The notes under the pieces: model-generated | What the model saw: the letters and a program-made list of their open reading frames with translations, nothing else | Told to the model about the DNA's origin: nothing | The model's database searches: none | Made by a program: the position numbers and the translations under genes | From: Chloroflexi bacterium HGW-Chloroflexi-9 | GTDB lineage: Bacteria > Chloroflexota > Dehalococcoidia > UBA2979 | NCBI GenBank assembly: GCA_002840675.1 | Contig: PHBR01000001.1 | Span: forward strand, 1-57,958 | Length of the DNA: 57,958 nt | Direction: 5' to 3' | Shown here: piece by piece, positions 9,973 through 19,601 of the stretch | Layout: every line of letters begins with the position of its first letter | How positions within the stretch are numbered: position 1 is the first letter of the stretch

Positions 9973-11286
9973 ATGACCGCCAAGCCTTCCCTGACCCGGC
10001 CCGCCCCGCTCGTACGCCTTGCCGCTGTGCTCCGCAGTGGCCCTCCGGACGTGGCTGCGCACATTGAGGGCACGCTGGCGTGGATGACGCGCGTGGAGCC
10101 GCATGTCCGCACGCTGCTGCCGGAGGACGGGCGTCGAGAACGCCTCGCCGCGGCCATCGACACCCTGGTCGACCGCTTCCCGGCGCAGGACGACCGGCCT
10201 CTGCTGTACGGGGTGCCCGTGGGGGTGAAAGACATCTTCGCGGTGGACGGCCTGCCCACGCGCGCCGGCTCTGCGCTGCCGCCCGAAGCGTTCGAGATGC
10301 CGGAGGGCGCCGCTGTCCGCCGCCTGCAGGCAGCGGGTGCGCTCGTCCTCGGCAAGACCGTGACCACGGAGTTCGCCTACTTCGATCCGGGCGCCACCAC
10401 GAACCCGCTCGACACCGCGCGCACGCCGGGCGGCTCCAGCAGCGGCTCCGCCGCAGCCGTCGCGGCGGGCATCGTCCCGCTCGCGATTGGCTCGCAGACG
10501 GTCGGCTCGGTGATCCGGCCGGCCGCGTTCTGTGGCATCGTCGGCTTCAAGCCGTCGTATGGCCGTATCCCCACGGACGGCGTCCTCTACTACTCCCCCT
10601 CGGTCGACCACGTCGGCTGCTTCACGCAGGACGTGGAGGGCCTCCGCCTGGCCGCGAGCGTGCTGCTCGATGGCTGGACGCCGGCGCCCCCCCTCCGCCG
10701 GGCGCCGGTCGTCGGTGTCCCCGTGGGGCCGTATCTGAACCAGGTGGAGCCGGCAGCGTTTGCCGCCTTCGCGGAGACGCTGGTGGCGCTCACTCGCGCG
10801 GGCGTGGAGGTCCGCCGCCTCCCTGTGCTGGACGACATCGCCCCGATCAACGACCGCCACCGCTGGCTGGCGACGGCGGAGTTTGGCGAGCAGCACGCGG
10901 CCCGCTTCGAGCGGTACGGATCGCTCTATCGCGCCGCCAGCGCCGCGCTCTTCGACGCCGCGCGGGAGGTGACGCCGGAGCAGCGCGCCGAGGGCCTTGC
11001 CGGCCGCGAGGCGCTGCGCGCGCGCCTGGATGCCGCCGCGGCGACGGAGGGCATCGACGCGTGGGCGATGCCGGCGGCCACCGGTCCTGCGCCCGTGGGC
11101 CTGCGCTCGACGGGCGACCCGGCCATGAACCTGCCGTGGACGCACGCCGGGCTGCCTGCGATCACGATCCCGGCGGGCTCCGTGGAGGGCATGCCGCTCG
11201 GCCTGCAACTCGCGGGCCGCTTCGGTGGGGACGAGGCGCTGATGGAGGTCGCGGCCCGGCTGGAAGCGCTGCTCGCCGGGGACTGA
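9973..11286 (+). CDS. Amidase-signature family amidase
   Basis: GVPVGVKDIF, GKTVTTEFA, TPGGSSSGSAAAVAAG and SQTVGSVIRPAAFCG. Confidence 0.92.
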   Translation: MTAKPSLTRPAPLVRLAAVLRSGPPDVAAHIEGTLAWMTRVEPHVRTLLPEDGRRERLAAAIDTLVDRFPAQDDRPLLYGVPVGVKDIFAVDGLPTRAGSALPPEAFEMPEGAAVRRLQAAGALVLGKTVTTEFAYFDPGATTNPLDTARTPGGSSSGSAAAVAAGIVPLAIGSQTVGSVIRPAAFCGIVGFKPSYGRIPTDGVLYYSPSVDHVGCFTQDVEGLRLAASVLLDGWTPAPPLRRAPVVGVPVGPYLNQVEPAAFAAFAETLVALTRAGVEVRRLPVLDDIAPINDRHRWLATAEFGEQHAARFERYGSLYRAASAALFDAAREVTPEQRAEGLAGREALRARLDAAAATEGIDAWAMPAATGPAPVGLRSTGDPAMNLPWTHAGLPAITIPAGSVEGMPLGLQLAGRFGGDEALMEVAARLEALLAGD

Positions 11287-11342
11287 CACTCCGCCATTCG
11301 TGTTCGCGTGCGCCTCGCCCATCGTCGTTCGCGGAGGGCGCG

Positions 11343-12014
11343 ATGACGACGACGGACCTGACGAACCGCTACCACCTCGACGCGTATATGGAGGGCGGCC
11401 CGGCACGATGGGTGCTCGACCGCGGGCGGCAGCCGGTGCGCGCGGTGATCCTCCACCACACCGGCGGCTGGTACGGCCCTCCGCTCGACGCCTCCGCGAC
11501 GGTCGCGGAAGAAATTGCCCAGACCGACGCGCTGGCACGCGACCACCGGGCGCGCTTCGGCATCGGGCCGGGCTACCACTACCTCGGTTTCCCTTCGGGG
11601 CGGCTGTACGCCGTGGGGAAGTGGGGGACGCAGCGCGCACACACCACGGGACGTGACCCGGCTACCGGCGAGCGGTGGAACGTGCAGGCAGTCGGGGTGT
11701 GCGCATTCGGCAACTTCGAGGCCGAACGGCCGGTCGCGGGCACCGTGTCCGCCGTCCGGGCCGCCCTCGACGAGGTGAACCGGATCGCCGGCCGTGTCCT
11801 CCCGATGATCCCGCACGGCGAGACGCCGTCGGCGGACGCGAGCGGTCGAGGCTTCGCGCAGGCGACGGCGTGTCCGGGCACCCATCTGCGCACCGCTCTC
11901 GCCTGGCCCGACGGGGGCGCGTCAGACGTGGACCTCGATGCGGTGCGTCGGGAGGTGCGCGCCGCGCAGGACCGGCTGGCGGAGGCGGCGACGCTGCTGG
12001 AGGCGCTTCGGTAG
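11343..12014 (+). CDS. N-acetylmuramoyl-L-alanine amidase (Amidase_2/PGRP-like)
   Basis: ILHHT, GYHY, AHT, N..AVGVCAFGNF, IPHG and TACPG zinc motifs; GGAGG RBS before ATG 11343. Confidence 0.8.
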   Translation: MTTTDLTNRYHLDAYMEGGPARWVLDRGRQPVRAVILHHTGGWYGPPLDASATVAEEIAQTDALARDHRARFGIGPGYHYLGFPSGRLYAVGKWGTQRAHTTGRDPATGERWNVQAVGVCAFGNFEAERPVAGTVSAVRAALDEVNRIAGRVLPMIPHGETPSADASGRGFAQATACPGTHLRTALAWPDGGASDVDLDAVRREVRAAQDRLAEAATLLEALR

Positions 12015-12036
12015 CCCTGCCGCCTATGATGCGGCC

Positions 12037-13119
12037 ATGTCAGACCATCCCCCGATCCCCGGCGGGCCGGACGAGATCACGGCCGCGTGGCTCACGACCG
12101 CGCTCCGCGAGTGGGGCGTGCTGACGGAGCGGTCGCGGGTCTTCGCCGTCTCGATCGAGGCGCTCACGGAGCGCGCCGGGGTGAACGGCCAGACGTTCCG
12201 CCTGAGGCTGAAGTACCAGGGCGAGCCGGGCCCGGCGACGATGGTCGCGAAACTCCCCGCCTCGCACCCGTCGGCGCGCGGCGTCGCTGCGTTCCAGCAC
12301 TGGTATGAGCGCGAGACGCGCTTCTACCTGGAACTCGCGCCCGACAGTCCGCTGCGTGTGCCGGAGCCGTACTTCGCCGCCTTCGAGGGCGAGCGGACAC
12401 TCCTGCTCCTGGAAGACCTCGGGCGGCTTCGCCAGGTCGACCAGGTCGCCGGCTGCATGGTCGCAGAAGCCGAAGCCGCGCTGGACGCGGCGGCCGGCAT
12501 GCACGCGCGCTGGTGGGGTGACGAGGTCATCGTCGACCACCCGTGGCTGCCGCTTACCACGGTGGGCCTCGACCGCGCCCGCCCCGTGCACGGCGCCTTC
12601 CGGCGCGCCTGGGAGGCCGTGCGCGAGCGCGTGGCCGAGGAGGCCCACCCGGTGCTCGACCGCGCCGTGGAGGCGTACCCGGCGCTGCTCGAACGGATCT
12701 CGGAGGGCCCGCTCACCCTGCTCCACGGCGACTACCGGCTGGACAACGTCTTCTTCGACGGGTCGGAGGGCCAGCCCGGCGTGGTCGCGTTCGACTGGCA
12801 GTTCGCCTGCCGGGGCCGCGGCACGTACGACATCGCCTACTTCCTCGGGCTGGACCTGGAGCCCTCGCTCCGTCGGCAGCACGAGGATGCTTTGCTCCTG
12901 CGCTACTACGAACGCCTGCGCGAGGAGGGCGTCACCGGCTACACGCTGGACGCCTGCCACCGCGACTACGCCACCTCGCTCCTGCTCTCCTTCGCGGTGT
13001 TCGCGATCGGTGCGGCCGGCCCGCCCGCGAGCGAGCGCATGGGCGTGGTGCACGAGGTGGGGCTGGAACGCCTGGCCGCGGCGATCGCGGAGCGCGACCC
13101 CGACATCTTCGGCCTTTAG
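12037..13119 (+). CDS. APH/ecdysteroid-kinase-like phosphotransferase
   Basis: YERETRFY, LLLEDL, HGDYRLDN, DWQ and DIAYFL. Confidence 0.88.
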   Translation: MSDHPPIPGGPDEITAAWLTTALREWGVLTERSRVFAVSIEALTERAGVNGQTFRLRLKYQGEPGPATMVAKLPASHPSARGVAAFQHWYERETRFYLELAPDSPLRVPEPYFAAFEGERTLLLLEDLGRLRQVDQVAGCMVAEAEAALDAAAGMHARWWGDEVIVDHPWLPLTTVGLDRARPVHGAFRRAWEAVRERVAEEAHPVLDRAVEAYPALLERISEGPLTLLHGDYRLDNVFFDGSEGQPGVVAFDWQFACRGRGTYDIAYFLGLDLEPSLRRQHEDALLLRYYERLREEGVTGYTLDACHRDYATSLLLSFAVFAIGAAGPPASERMGVVHEVGLERLAAAIAERDPDIFGL

Positions 13120-13207
13120 CGCCCCGCCCCGAGGTGCGCGGTGCACCCCGGGGTGCTTCACGCCTGTGATAGCCTGTGGATATCTCCCCGGCGTGGAGCA
13201 CCGTGCC

Positions 13208-14413
13208 ATGGCTGCACTCACCGGCATGCGCGTCCTGGACATGACGCAGTACGAGGCGGGTACTTCCTGTACCCAGTACCTCGCGTGGCTGGGCGCCGAT
13301 GTCGTGAAGGTCGAAGGCCCTTCCGGTGACCCCGGCCGGAACACCGGCAGAGGCCTCGACGGCCACCCCGGCGATCCCCAGTACTTCATGAACTACAACG
13401 GCAACAAGCGCTCGGTCGTCCTCGACCTGAAGAGCGAGCATGGCCGCGAGGTATTCCTGCGGCTGATCCCGCACTTCGATGCGTTCGTGGAGAACTACGG
13501 CCCCGGCGTGATCGAGTCGCTGGGCCTCACCCCTGACGTCCTCTGCGCCCTCAATCCCCGGCTGATCTACGCGCGCATCAAGGGCTTCGGCCTGAGCGGG
13601 CCCTACCGCGACTACAAGGTCTACGACTGGGTCGCGCAGGCGGCCGCCGGTACTTTTTCCACAACCGGCGACGAGGACGGACCGCCGCAGGTCATCGGCC
13701 CGACGATGGGCGACTCCGGCACGGGCATCCAGGCCGCCCTGGGCATCACCGCCGCCTATGTGGAGCAGCAGCGCACCGGCCTCGGGCAGGTGATCGAGGT
13801 TTCCATGCAGGAGGCCGCGACGATGTTCCTGCGCACGCTGGACCTGCCGGCGTGGGGCAAGGAGCCGGCAGGCCGGCACGGCCCCACGCGCGGACGCACC
13901 GGCGGCGGGCTGTACCGCTCCCGCGGCGGCGGCCCCAACGACTACGTCTTCATCTTCCCCGCCACCACGAGGATGTTCGACGTGATGTGCGCGGCGATGG
14001 GGCGCGAGGACCTGCTCACCGACCCGCGCTTCGCCACGCCGACCGCGCGCGCGAACCACCTGGGCGAACTGCGCCGCGAGATCGAGGCGTGGACGCTCGC
14101 TCGCACCAAGCAGGAGGCGATGCACATCCTCGCCGGCGCGGGCGTGCCCTGCTCCTACGTCTTCGACACGCTGGACCTGTTCACGGATGAGCACCTGCGG
14201 GCGCGCGGCTTCATCCACGAGGTGGAGCACCCGGTGAACGGCACCGTGAGATTGATGGGCCAGCCGTTGCGGATGCGGGGTGCCGTGCCGCAGGGGCGCG
14301 CGCCGCTCCTCGGTGAGCACACGGACGAGGTGCTGGAGGAGGTCCTGGGGCTGACGGCCGGGGAGATCGACCGGCTGCATGCGGCGGGCATCTCCGGGAA
14401 AGTGCCCGCCTGA
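13208..14413 (+). CDS. Family III CoA transferase (CaiB/BaiF, formyl-CoA transferase-like)
   Basis: LTGMRVLDMTQYEAG, LGADVVKVE, NKRSVVLDLK and APLLGEHTDEVL. Confidence 0.92.
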   Translation: MAALTGMRVLDMTQYEAGTSCTQYLAWLGADVVKVEGPSGDPGRNTGRGLDGHPGDPQYFMNYNGNKRSVVLDLKSEHGREVFLRLIPHFDAFVENYGPGVIESLGLTPDVLCALNPRLIYARIKGFGLSGPYRDYKVYDWVAQAAAGTFSTTGDEDGPPQVIGPTMGDSGTGIQAALGITAAYVEQQRTGLGQVIEVSMQEAATMFLRTLDLPAWGKEPAGRHGPTRGRTGGGLYRSRGGGPNDYVFIFPATTRMFDVMCAAMGREDLLTDPRFATPTARANHLGELRREIEAWTLARTKQEAMHILAGAGVPCSYVFDTLDLFTDEHLRARGFIHEVEHPVNGTVRLMGQPLRMRGAVPQGRAPLLGEHTDEVLEEVLGLTAGEIDRLHAAGISGKVPA

Positions 14414-14508
14414 CCTCGCGCATCCGGTTCGCGGTGGCCGCACGCGGCTGCCTCCGCTAGTCTGCGCGGCGAGTACCGCCGAACGCGGGCCACGGGAGGG
14501 ATCGCTGC

Positions 14509-15240
14509 ATGCCGCTGGTTCTTGGGGTCACCGGTTCCATCGCCACCGGGAAGAGTTACCTGTGCACCTACCTGGTGGAGAAGTACGGCGCCATCCACGC
14601 GGACGCCGACAAGGTCGTCCACCGCATGTACGACCCGGGCAAGCCGGGCTTCGACCGCATCGTCGCTGAGTTCGGCGAGGAGGTCATCGGCGCGGACGGG
14701 TACATCGACCGCAAGTTGATCGGCTCGAAGGTGTTCGGCAACCAGGAGCGCATGAGCGCCCTCACGAGGGCGATCGGCGACATCGCCGGCGAGATGCACC
14801 ATGTCATCAACACCTGGCGCGCCGAACTCGGCCCCGACCAGATCGCGATCCTCGAGGCCGTGAACCTGATGGAGGCCGGGTACTCCGAGTGGTGCGACGC
14901 CACCTGGCTCGTGGGCGCGGACTACGAGGAGGCGCTGCCCCGGCTCATGACGCGCAACAACTTCTCAGAGGCGGAGGCACGCCAGCGCCTGGACGCGGCC
15001 CGGACGTGGCAGCAGCGCGAGCCGGCCTCCGACCGGCTGTTCATGAACAACACCACGCTCCCCGACCTGGAGCAGTCCGTCGACCGCTCGATCGCGGAGA
15101 CGCTCGCCATGTTCAAGGCGGGCACCCTGCCCCGCAGCCGCTGGCACGCCTGGTGGGAGGCCACCCGCGAGGAGCGCGAGGCGGCCCGGCGCGCCCGGGA
15201 GGCGAAGGCCGCGCAGGACGCGCAGAAGCAGCAGGGATAA
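14509..15240 (+). CDS. coaE: Dephospho-CoA kinase
   Basis: GVTGSIATGKS P-loop, DADKVVH, EFGEEVI and IDRKLIG..VF. Confidence 0.85.
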   Translation: MPLVLGVTGSIATGKSYLCTYLVEKYGAIHADADKVVHRMYDPGKPGFDRIVAEFGEEVIGADGYIDRKLIGSKVFGNQERMSALTRAIGDIAGEMHHVINTWRAELGPDQIAILEAVNLMEAGYSEWCDATWLVGADYEEALPRLMTRNNFSEAEARQRLDAARTWQQREPASDRLFMNNTTLPDLEQSVDRSIAETLAMFKAGTLPRSRWHAWWEATREEREAARRAREAKAAQDAQKQQG

Positions 15241-15259
15241 CGTGCCGGGCCGGTGCGGG

Positions 15260-15287
15260 TTGCCTCGAACCGGCTCCGCGCTATGAT
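15260..15287 (+). promoter_or_regulatory. Sigma-70-type promoter of tRNA-Gly
   Basis: TTGCCT-N16-TATGAT ending 9 nt before the tRNA. Confidence 0.6.
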
Positions 15288-15296
15288 CGAGGTCGT

Positions 15297-15371
15297 GCGG
15301 AAGTAGCTCAGTGGCAGAGCGCCTCCTTGCCAAGGAGGAGGTCGCGAGTTCGACCCTCGTCTTCCGCTCCA
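15297..15371 (+). tRNA. tRNA-Gly(GCC)
   Basis: Cloverleaf; anticodon loop TTGCCAA; GTTCGA T-loop; encoded CCA. Confidence 0.97.
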
Positions 15372-15382
15372 TCGCACGAACG

Positions 15383-15412
15383 ACGGCCCGCCGAGAGGCG
15401 GGCCGTTTCGTT
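15383..15412 (+). terminator. Intrinsic terminator after tRNA-Gly
   Basis: ACGGCCCGCC-gaga-GGCGGGCCGT followed by TTCGTT. Confidence 0.7.
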
Positions 15413-15423
15413 GCCTGCCGCGG

Positions 15424-16350
15424 TCAACTCAACCGGCGCACCAACCCCTTCAGGTACGCCTCGACGCGGGGGCGGAGCACGTCATCCGTGAGGTCGGTGC
15501 GACCGGCATCGCTCCACTGGCCGAGGGCCGGCGGGCCGGTGTCCAGGGCGTCCACCAGGTCCCAGTACGGATGCTGGCTGACGCCTGCGGCGCTCTCGTA
15601 CGCCACGCGGAACTCCTCGGCGGCGTCGATGCCGAAGAGCGCGCTGAGGTTCACCCGGCAGTGCGCGACGTCATTGCCGGGTGGGCCGTTGCATGCGTTC
15701 ACCCAGTCCGTCACGCCACTGAGCCGGCCGTAGCGCCAGAGCGCGTTCGCGGGGTGGTAGTCGCGGTGAATGAGCGTAGGTGTCACGTCAGGCGGCGGCG
15801 CCGAGGCCAGCTCGTTCGCCCGCAGCCAGAGGTCCGGGCGCCTCGACCACGCGGGCACCTCGAACGGTCGGGCGCGGAACCACGGCCGGTACGCCGGGAG
15901 GCCTTCGACGGCACCGAGGGCGTGCAGCGCCGGCAGGAACGCCGCGAGCTGACGGAGGTATTCGGACAGGTCGCGCGGCCGGAGCTCGATGCGTCCGGCC
16001 ACGCGCGTCATGAGGACAGCCGGGACGTCGCACTCGCTACCCGTCACATCGGCCGCGAGGCATTCTGGCACCGGGAGCGTGCTGCCGCGCAGCGCGTCCA
16101 GCACGCGCACCTCGCGCTCGGCGATGTCTGGTTCCTCAGCGGTCAATTCAGTCCGGACGAAGCGCCGGAGGACGACGGCATCCAGGCCGTGCGGTGCTCC
16201 ACTCACGCCAAGAAGGTGTACCGCTGCGGACGTGCCACCGCGGAGCCGCCGGACGGAGGTGACGTGGGTGCCTGTGCCCAGCGTGCGCTCCACCCACGCC
16301 AGCGCCTCGGGCGGTGGGCGGCGGCGCAGGTGGGGTGGGAGTGTGGCCAT
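15424..16350 (-). CDS. Aminoglycoside-phosphotransferase-family protein
   Basis: LRGGTSAAVH, REVRVL, HRDYHPAN, DW and DVAHCRVNL. Confidence 0.88.
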   Translation of the reverse strand: MATLPPHLRRRPPPEALAWVERTLGTGTHVTSVRRLRGGTSAAVHLLGVSGAPHGLDAVVLRRFVRTELTAEEPDIAEREVRVLDALRGSTLPVPECLAADVTGSECDVPAVLMTRVAGRIELRPRDLSEYLRQLAAFLPALHALGAVEGLPAYRPWFRARPFEVPAWSRRPDLWLRANELASAPPPDVTPTLIHRDYHPANALWRYGRLSGVTDWVNACNGPPGNDVAHCRVNLSALFGIDAAEEFRVAYESAAGVSQHPYWDLVDALDTGPPALGQWSDAGRTDLTDDVLRPRVEAYLKGLVRRLS

Positions 16351-16454
16351 CGGGCGGAGTCTACCGGTGACCACGGCCTGATCGCGTATCCTCGGGACGC
16401 CGGTGGTGCCCGGCGGTCAGGAAACGATCAGGACGGCAACGGACGGCGCAGACG

Positions 16455-18134
16455 GTGGAACACGACCTGTTGATCGAGTTCACCGCGCTGCTAGTGCTGG
16501 CTGCGGCTGCGGGCGCCCTCGGCACGCTGCTCCGGCAGCCGTTGATCGTCTCGTTCCTCGCGGTCGGTATCGCCGCCGGCCCGGCGGGTTTCGACCTGCT
16601 CAGCGAGAACGACGCATGGGAACTGCTCTCAACCGTCGGCATCGCCCTCCTGCTATTCGTGGTTGGCCTGCGGCTCGACACGGACGAGATCCGGGCGACC
16701 GGTCTCGTCGCGCTGATCACGGGCCTCGGGCAGGTTCTGTTCACCTCGGTGGTGGGGTTCGGGCTCACGCTCCTGCTGGGCTTCGGCGTGACGCCGGCGA
16801 TCTACGTGGCGATCGCGCTCACGTTCTCCAGCACGATCATCATCGTGAAACTGCTGTCCGATAAGCGTGAGATCGACTCGTTGCACGGGCGTATCGCCGT
16901 CGGGTTCCTGATCGTGCAGGACATCGTGGTCGTCCTCGTGATGATCGGCATCTCCGCCTTCGGCACGGGGGGCAACGCCGACCCCGTGCGTGAGGCGCTG
17001 GAGATCACCGCGAAGGGGCTCGCCTTTGTGGGCGGCATCTTCTTCGCGATGCGGTTCCTGATCCCGGTCGTGTTCCGGACGCTCGGCCGCTCGCCCGAAC
17101 TGCTCGTCCTCGGCGCCATCGCGTGGGCGATGATGCTGGCGGTCGGCGGCGAGGAACTCGGGTTCAGCCGCGAGGTCGGCGCGTTCCTCGCCGGCGTGTC
17201 ACTGGCCTCCACGCCGTTCCGCGACGCGCTGGGCGGGCGGCTGATGAGCCTGCGCGACTTCCTGCTGGTGTTCTTCTTCGTGGTGCTGGGGGCCGGCCTC
17301 GATCTCTCGCTCCTCGGGGAGCAGGTCGTGCCGGCGCTGGTGCTGTCCGTGTTCGTGCTGATCGGCAACCCGCTGATCGTGATGATCATCATGGGGGTGA
17401 TGGGCTACCGGAAGCGCACCAGCTTCCTGTCCGGCCTGGCGGTCGCGCAGATCAGCGAGTTCTCGCTGATCCTCGGTGCGCTCGGCGTGTCGGTCGGGCA
17501 CATCGAGCAGGACACGCTGGGCCTGATCACGCTCGTCGGGATCATCACGATCACGCTCTCGACCTACCTGATCATCTACTCCCACCAGCTCTACGACCGC
17601 ATCCAGCACCTGCTCTCCATCTTCGAGCGTCGCATCCCGTTCGCTGAGGAATCCACGCAGGTCGCCGACGTACGCATCGACTTCGTCGTGATCGGCCTCG
17701 GCCGCTTCGGTGGCGCGATCACGCAGCAGTTGCTGGACCAGGGCTATCGCGTCGAGGGGATCGACTTCGACCCGGAGGTCGTCCGCACCTGGTCGAAACG
17801 CGGCCTGGCGGCGTATTACGGTGACGTCGATGACCCGGAGATGGGCTCGATGATCCCGACACACGCACACTGGGTTGTCTCCACGCTCCCGCAGCCGGAC
17901 CTGGGCATGCACCTGCTCCACACGCTCCACGGCCGAGGCTTCGGCGGTCGCGTCGCCCTGACCGCGCACAACATGACGGCGGCGCAGACCCTCTACCACG
18001 CGGGGGCGAACCTGGTGCTGCTGCCGTTCCTGGACGCGGCCACGCAGGTGGTCACGTACCTCACCCACCCGGAGACGCAGCACCCGGCGCTTCCCAACCT
18101 TCCAGACAGCGACGACGCCTCGCTGGAGGGCTAA
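16455..18134 (+). CDS. CPA2 cation:proton antiporter with KTN/TrkA-N domain (Kef-like)
   Basis: ALTFSSTIIIVKLL, GFLIVQD, AQISEFS and GLGRFG...YGD. Confidence 0.92.
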   Translation: MEHDLLIEFTALLVLAAAAGALGTLLRQPLIVSFLAVGIAAGPAGFDLLSENDAWELLSTVGIALLLFVVGLRLDTDEIRATGLVALITGLGQVLFTSVVGFGLTLLLGFGVTPAIYVAIALTFSSTIIIVKLLSDKREIDSLHGRIAVGFLIVQDIVVVLVMIGISAFGTGGNADPVREALEITAKGLAFVGGIFFAMRFLIPVVFRTLGRSPELLVLGAIAWAMMLAVGGEELGFSREVGAFLAGVSLASTPFRDALGGRLMSLRDFLLVFFFVVLGAGLDLSLLGEQVVPALVLSVFVLIGNPLIVMIIMGVMGYRKRTSFLSGLAVAQISEFSLILGALGVSVGHIEQDTLGLITLVGIITITLSTYLIIYSHQLYDRIQHLLSIFERRIPFAEESTQVADVRIDFVVIGLGRFGGAITQQLLDQGYRVEGIDFDPEVVRTWSKRGLAAYYGDVDDPEMGSMIPTHAHWVVSTLPQPDLGMHLLHTLHGRGFGGRVALTAHNMTAAQTLYHAGANLVLLPFLDAATQVVTYLTHPETQHPALPNLPDSDDASLEG

Positions 18135-18167
18135 CCGCCTCGCGCGCTACGATCAGGGCGCATCGCT

Positions 18168-18252
18168 GCCGGGGTGGCGAAATGGCAGACGCAGCGCACT
18201 CAAAATGCGCCGGGTAACTCCCGTGCGGGTTCGAGTCCCGCCCCCGGTACCA
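18168..18252 (+). tRNA. tRNA-Leu(CAA)
   Basis: 85 nt with long variable arm; GCGCA-CTCAAAA-TGCGC anticodon arm; CCA end. Confidence 0.96.
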
Positions 18253-18296
18253 GCCGACCACCGCGCCCGCCGGCGCCGCCCCACCGAGGTGCCCGC

Positions 18297-18677
18297 ATGA
18301 CCACCGACGGCGACACGGAGTTCGGCGGCTGGCGCGCCTGTGACGCCTGCGGTGAGGCCATCGCCTCCCCTGATGAGGCCGCACTCACCGTCCCCCCCGA
18401 ATTGATCGAGGAGCGCCGCGCAGGCATCGCCGAGCGTGCGCGCGCCCTCGCGGCCGGCGAGGAGGCCGCGCACGTCTCCACCGGGCTGATCCCGTGGGAC
18501 TGGGGCCACCGCGCCTGCTTCCCGCCGCGGGACGAGGCGTACTTCGTGGAGGGCGCACGCATCGCGACGATGCCGGGCATGCTGGCGCAGACGCTGGCGC
18601 TGATGGACCGCGAGTGGTTCCTGGAGACGGCGTGGGAGGACGCGGTGCGGCGCTTCTACCGCATCCCCTTCGAGTAG
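18297..18677 (+). CDS. Hypothetical protein with CxxC...HxxC motif
   Basis: GAGG RBS, high-GC3 coding pattern, CDAC and HRAC. Confidence 0.65.
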   Translation: MTTDGDTEFGGWRACDACGEAIASPDEAALTVPPELIEERRAGIAERARALAAGEEAAHVSTGLIPWDWGHRACFPPRDEAYFVEGARIATMPGMLAQTLALMDREWFLETAWEDAVRRFYRIPFE

Positions 18678-18692
18678 CGCACCCCTCGCGGG

Positions 18693-19310
18693 CTACGGCT
18701 TGCCGATGCCCGCGCCCCCGGCGATGTTTGTGTAGCCGGAGATGAAGTTCTCCACCCCGTGCACCTCCGGGTCGAACGACTGCCGCTCCACGGTGCCGAG
18801 GTCGTTGCACAGCACGTGCAGCGACACGGAAGGCGTATCAGACACCGTCACCACCTGGTGGATGTCCTCGTCCGGGTGCTTGAGCCAGGTCAACTCGCCG
18901 AGGCGGATCGGGTCGGCGGAGAGCAGCTCCAGTTCCGCGTAGCCCTCGCGGTCGCCGCGGTCACGTCGGACATACTTCCGCTCCACCTGTGCGCCCTGCA
19001 CCAGGCCGACCCAGCCGTCCGTGAGGTGGTTGTGGACGCGCGTCATGGAGCCGGCGGGAACCACCATCGAGAAGATGCAGAGGTCCGGGTCCTGCGAGCG
19101 GTAGACGGCCCAGGAGGCCGTGGTGTCCGGGACGGGCTGCCGGAACGCCTCCGTGATCCAGGAGGGGTCGTACAGGAGCGCCTCGGTCGGCGCCTTGAGC
19201 GCGTCGAGCAGGCCCGACTTGCCACGCTCGCGGGCAACGATGTTGCGGAAGTCCTCGACGAACCGGCGCAGTACCGGCTCCACGGGCTCGATGTAGTAGG
19301 CGTCCGACAC
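18693..19310 (-). CDS. Cysteine dioxygenase-like cupin
   Basis: TRVHNH..DGWVGLVQG, DIHQV and SVSLHVL. Confidence 0.8.
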   Translation of the reverse strand: MSDAYYIEPVEPVLRRFVEDFRNIVARERGKSGLLDALKAPTEALLYDPSWITEAFRQPVPDTTASWAVYRSQDPDLCIFSMVVPAGSMTRVHNHLTDGWVGLVQGAQVERKYVRRDRGDREGYAELELLSADPIRLGELTWLKHPDEDIHQVVTVSDTPSVSLHVLCNDLGTVERQSFDPEVHGVENFISGYTNIAGGAGIGKP

Positions 19311-19401
19311 GATGAACCTCCGGGGCTGCGCGGGCGCGCTCCAGGGCGCGACCGGGCAAGGGTAGCGCGCGCATGGCAGGGTTGAGATGCTGAGGGCCCG
19401 C

Positions 19402-19475
19402 TGGCGGATGGTGTAGCGGTAGCACAGGGGACTTTGGATCCCTTAGCCCAGGTTCGAATCCTGGTCCGCCAGCCA
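19402..19475 (+). tRNA. tRNA-Gln(TTG)
   Basis: Anticodon loop CTTTGGA; GGTTCGAATCC; CCA end. Confidence 0.95.
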
Positions 19476-19526
19476 GTGACACTCTTGCCCGAGGCGGGCG
19501 GAGGCGTCACACTTCTGAGGTTCCGT

Positions 19527-19601
19527 TCCCCGATAGCTCAACGGTAGAGCAAACGACTGTTAATCGTTAGGTTCGTGGTTCGAATCCACGTCGGGGAGCC
19601 A
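19527..19601 (+). tRNA. tRNA-Asn(GTT); probable integration site
   Basis: AACGA-CTGTTAA-TCGTT anticodon arm; GGTTCGAATCC; CCA end. Confidence 0.97.
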
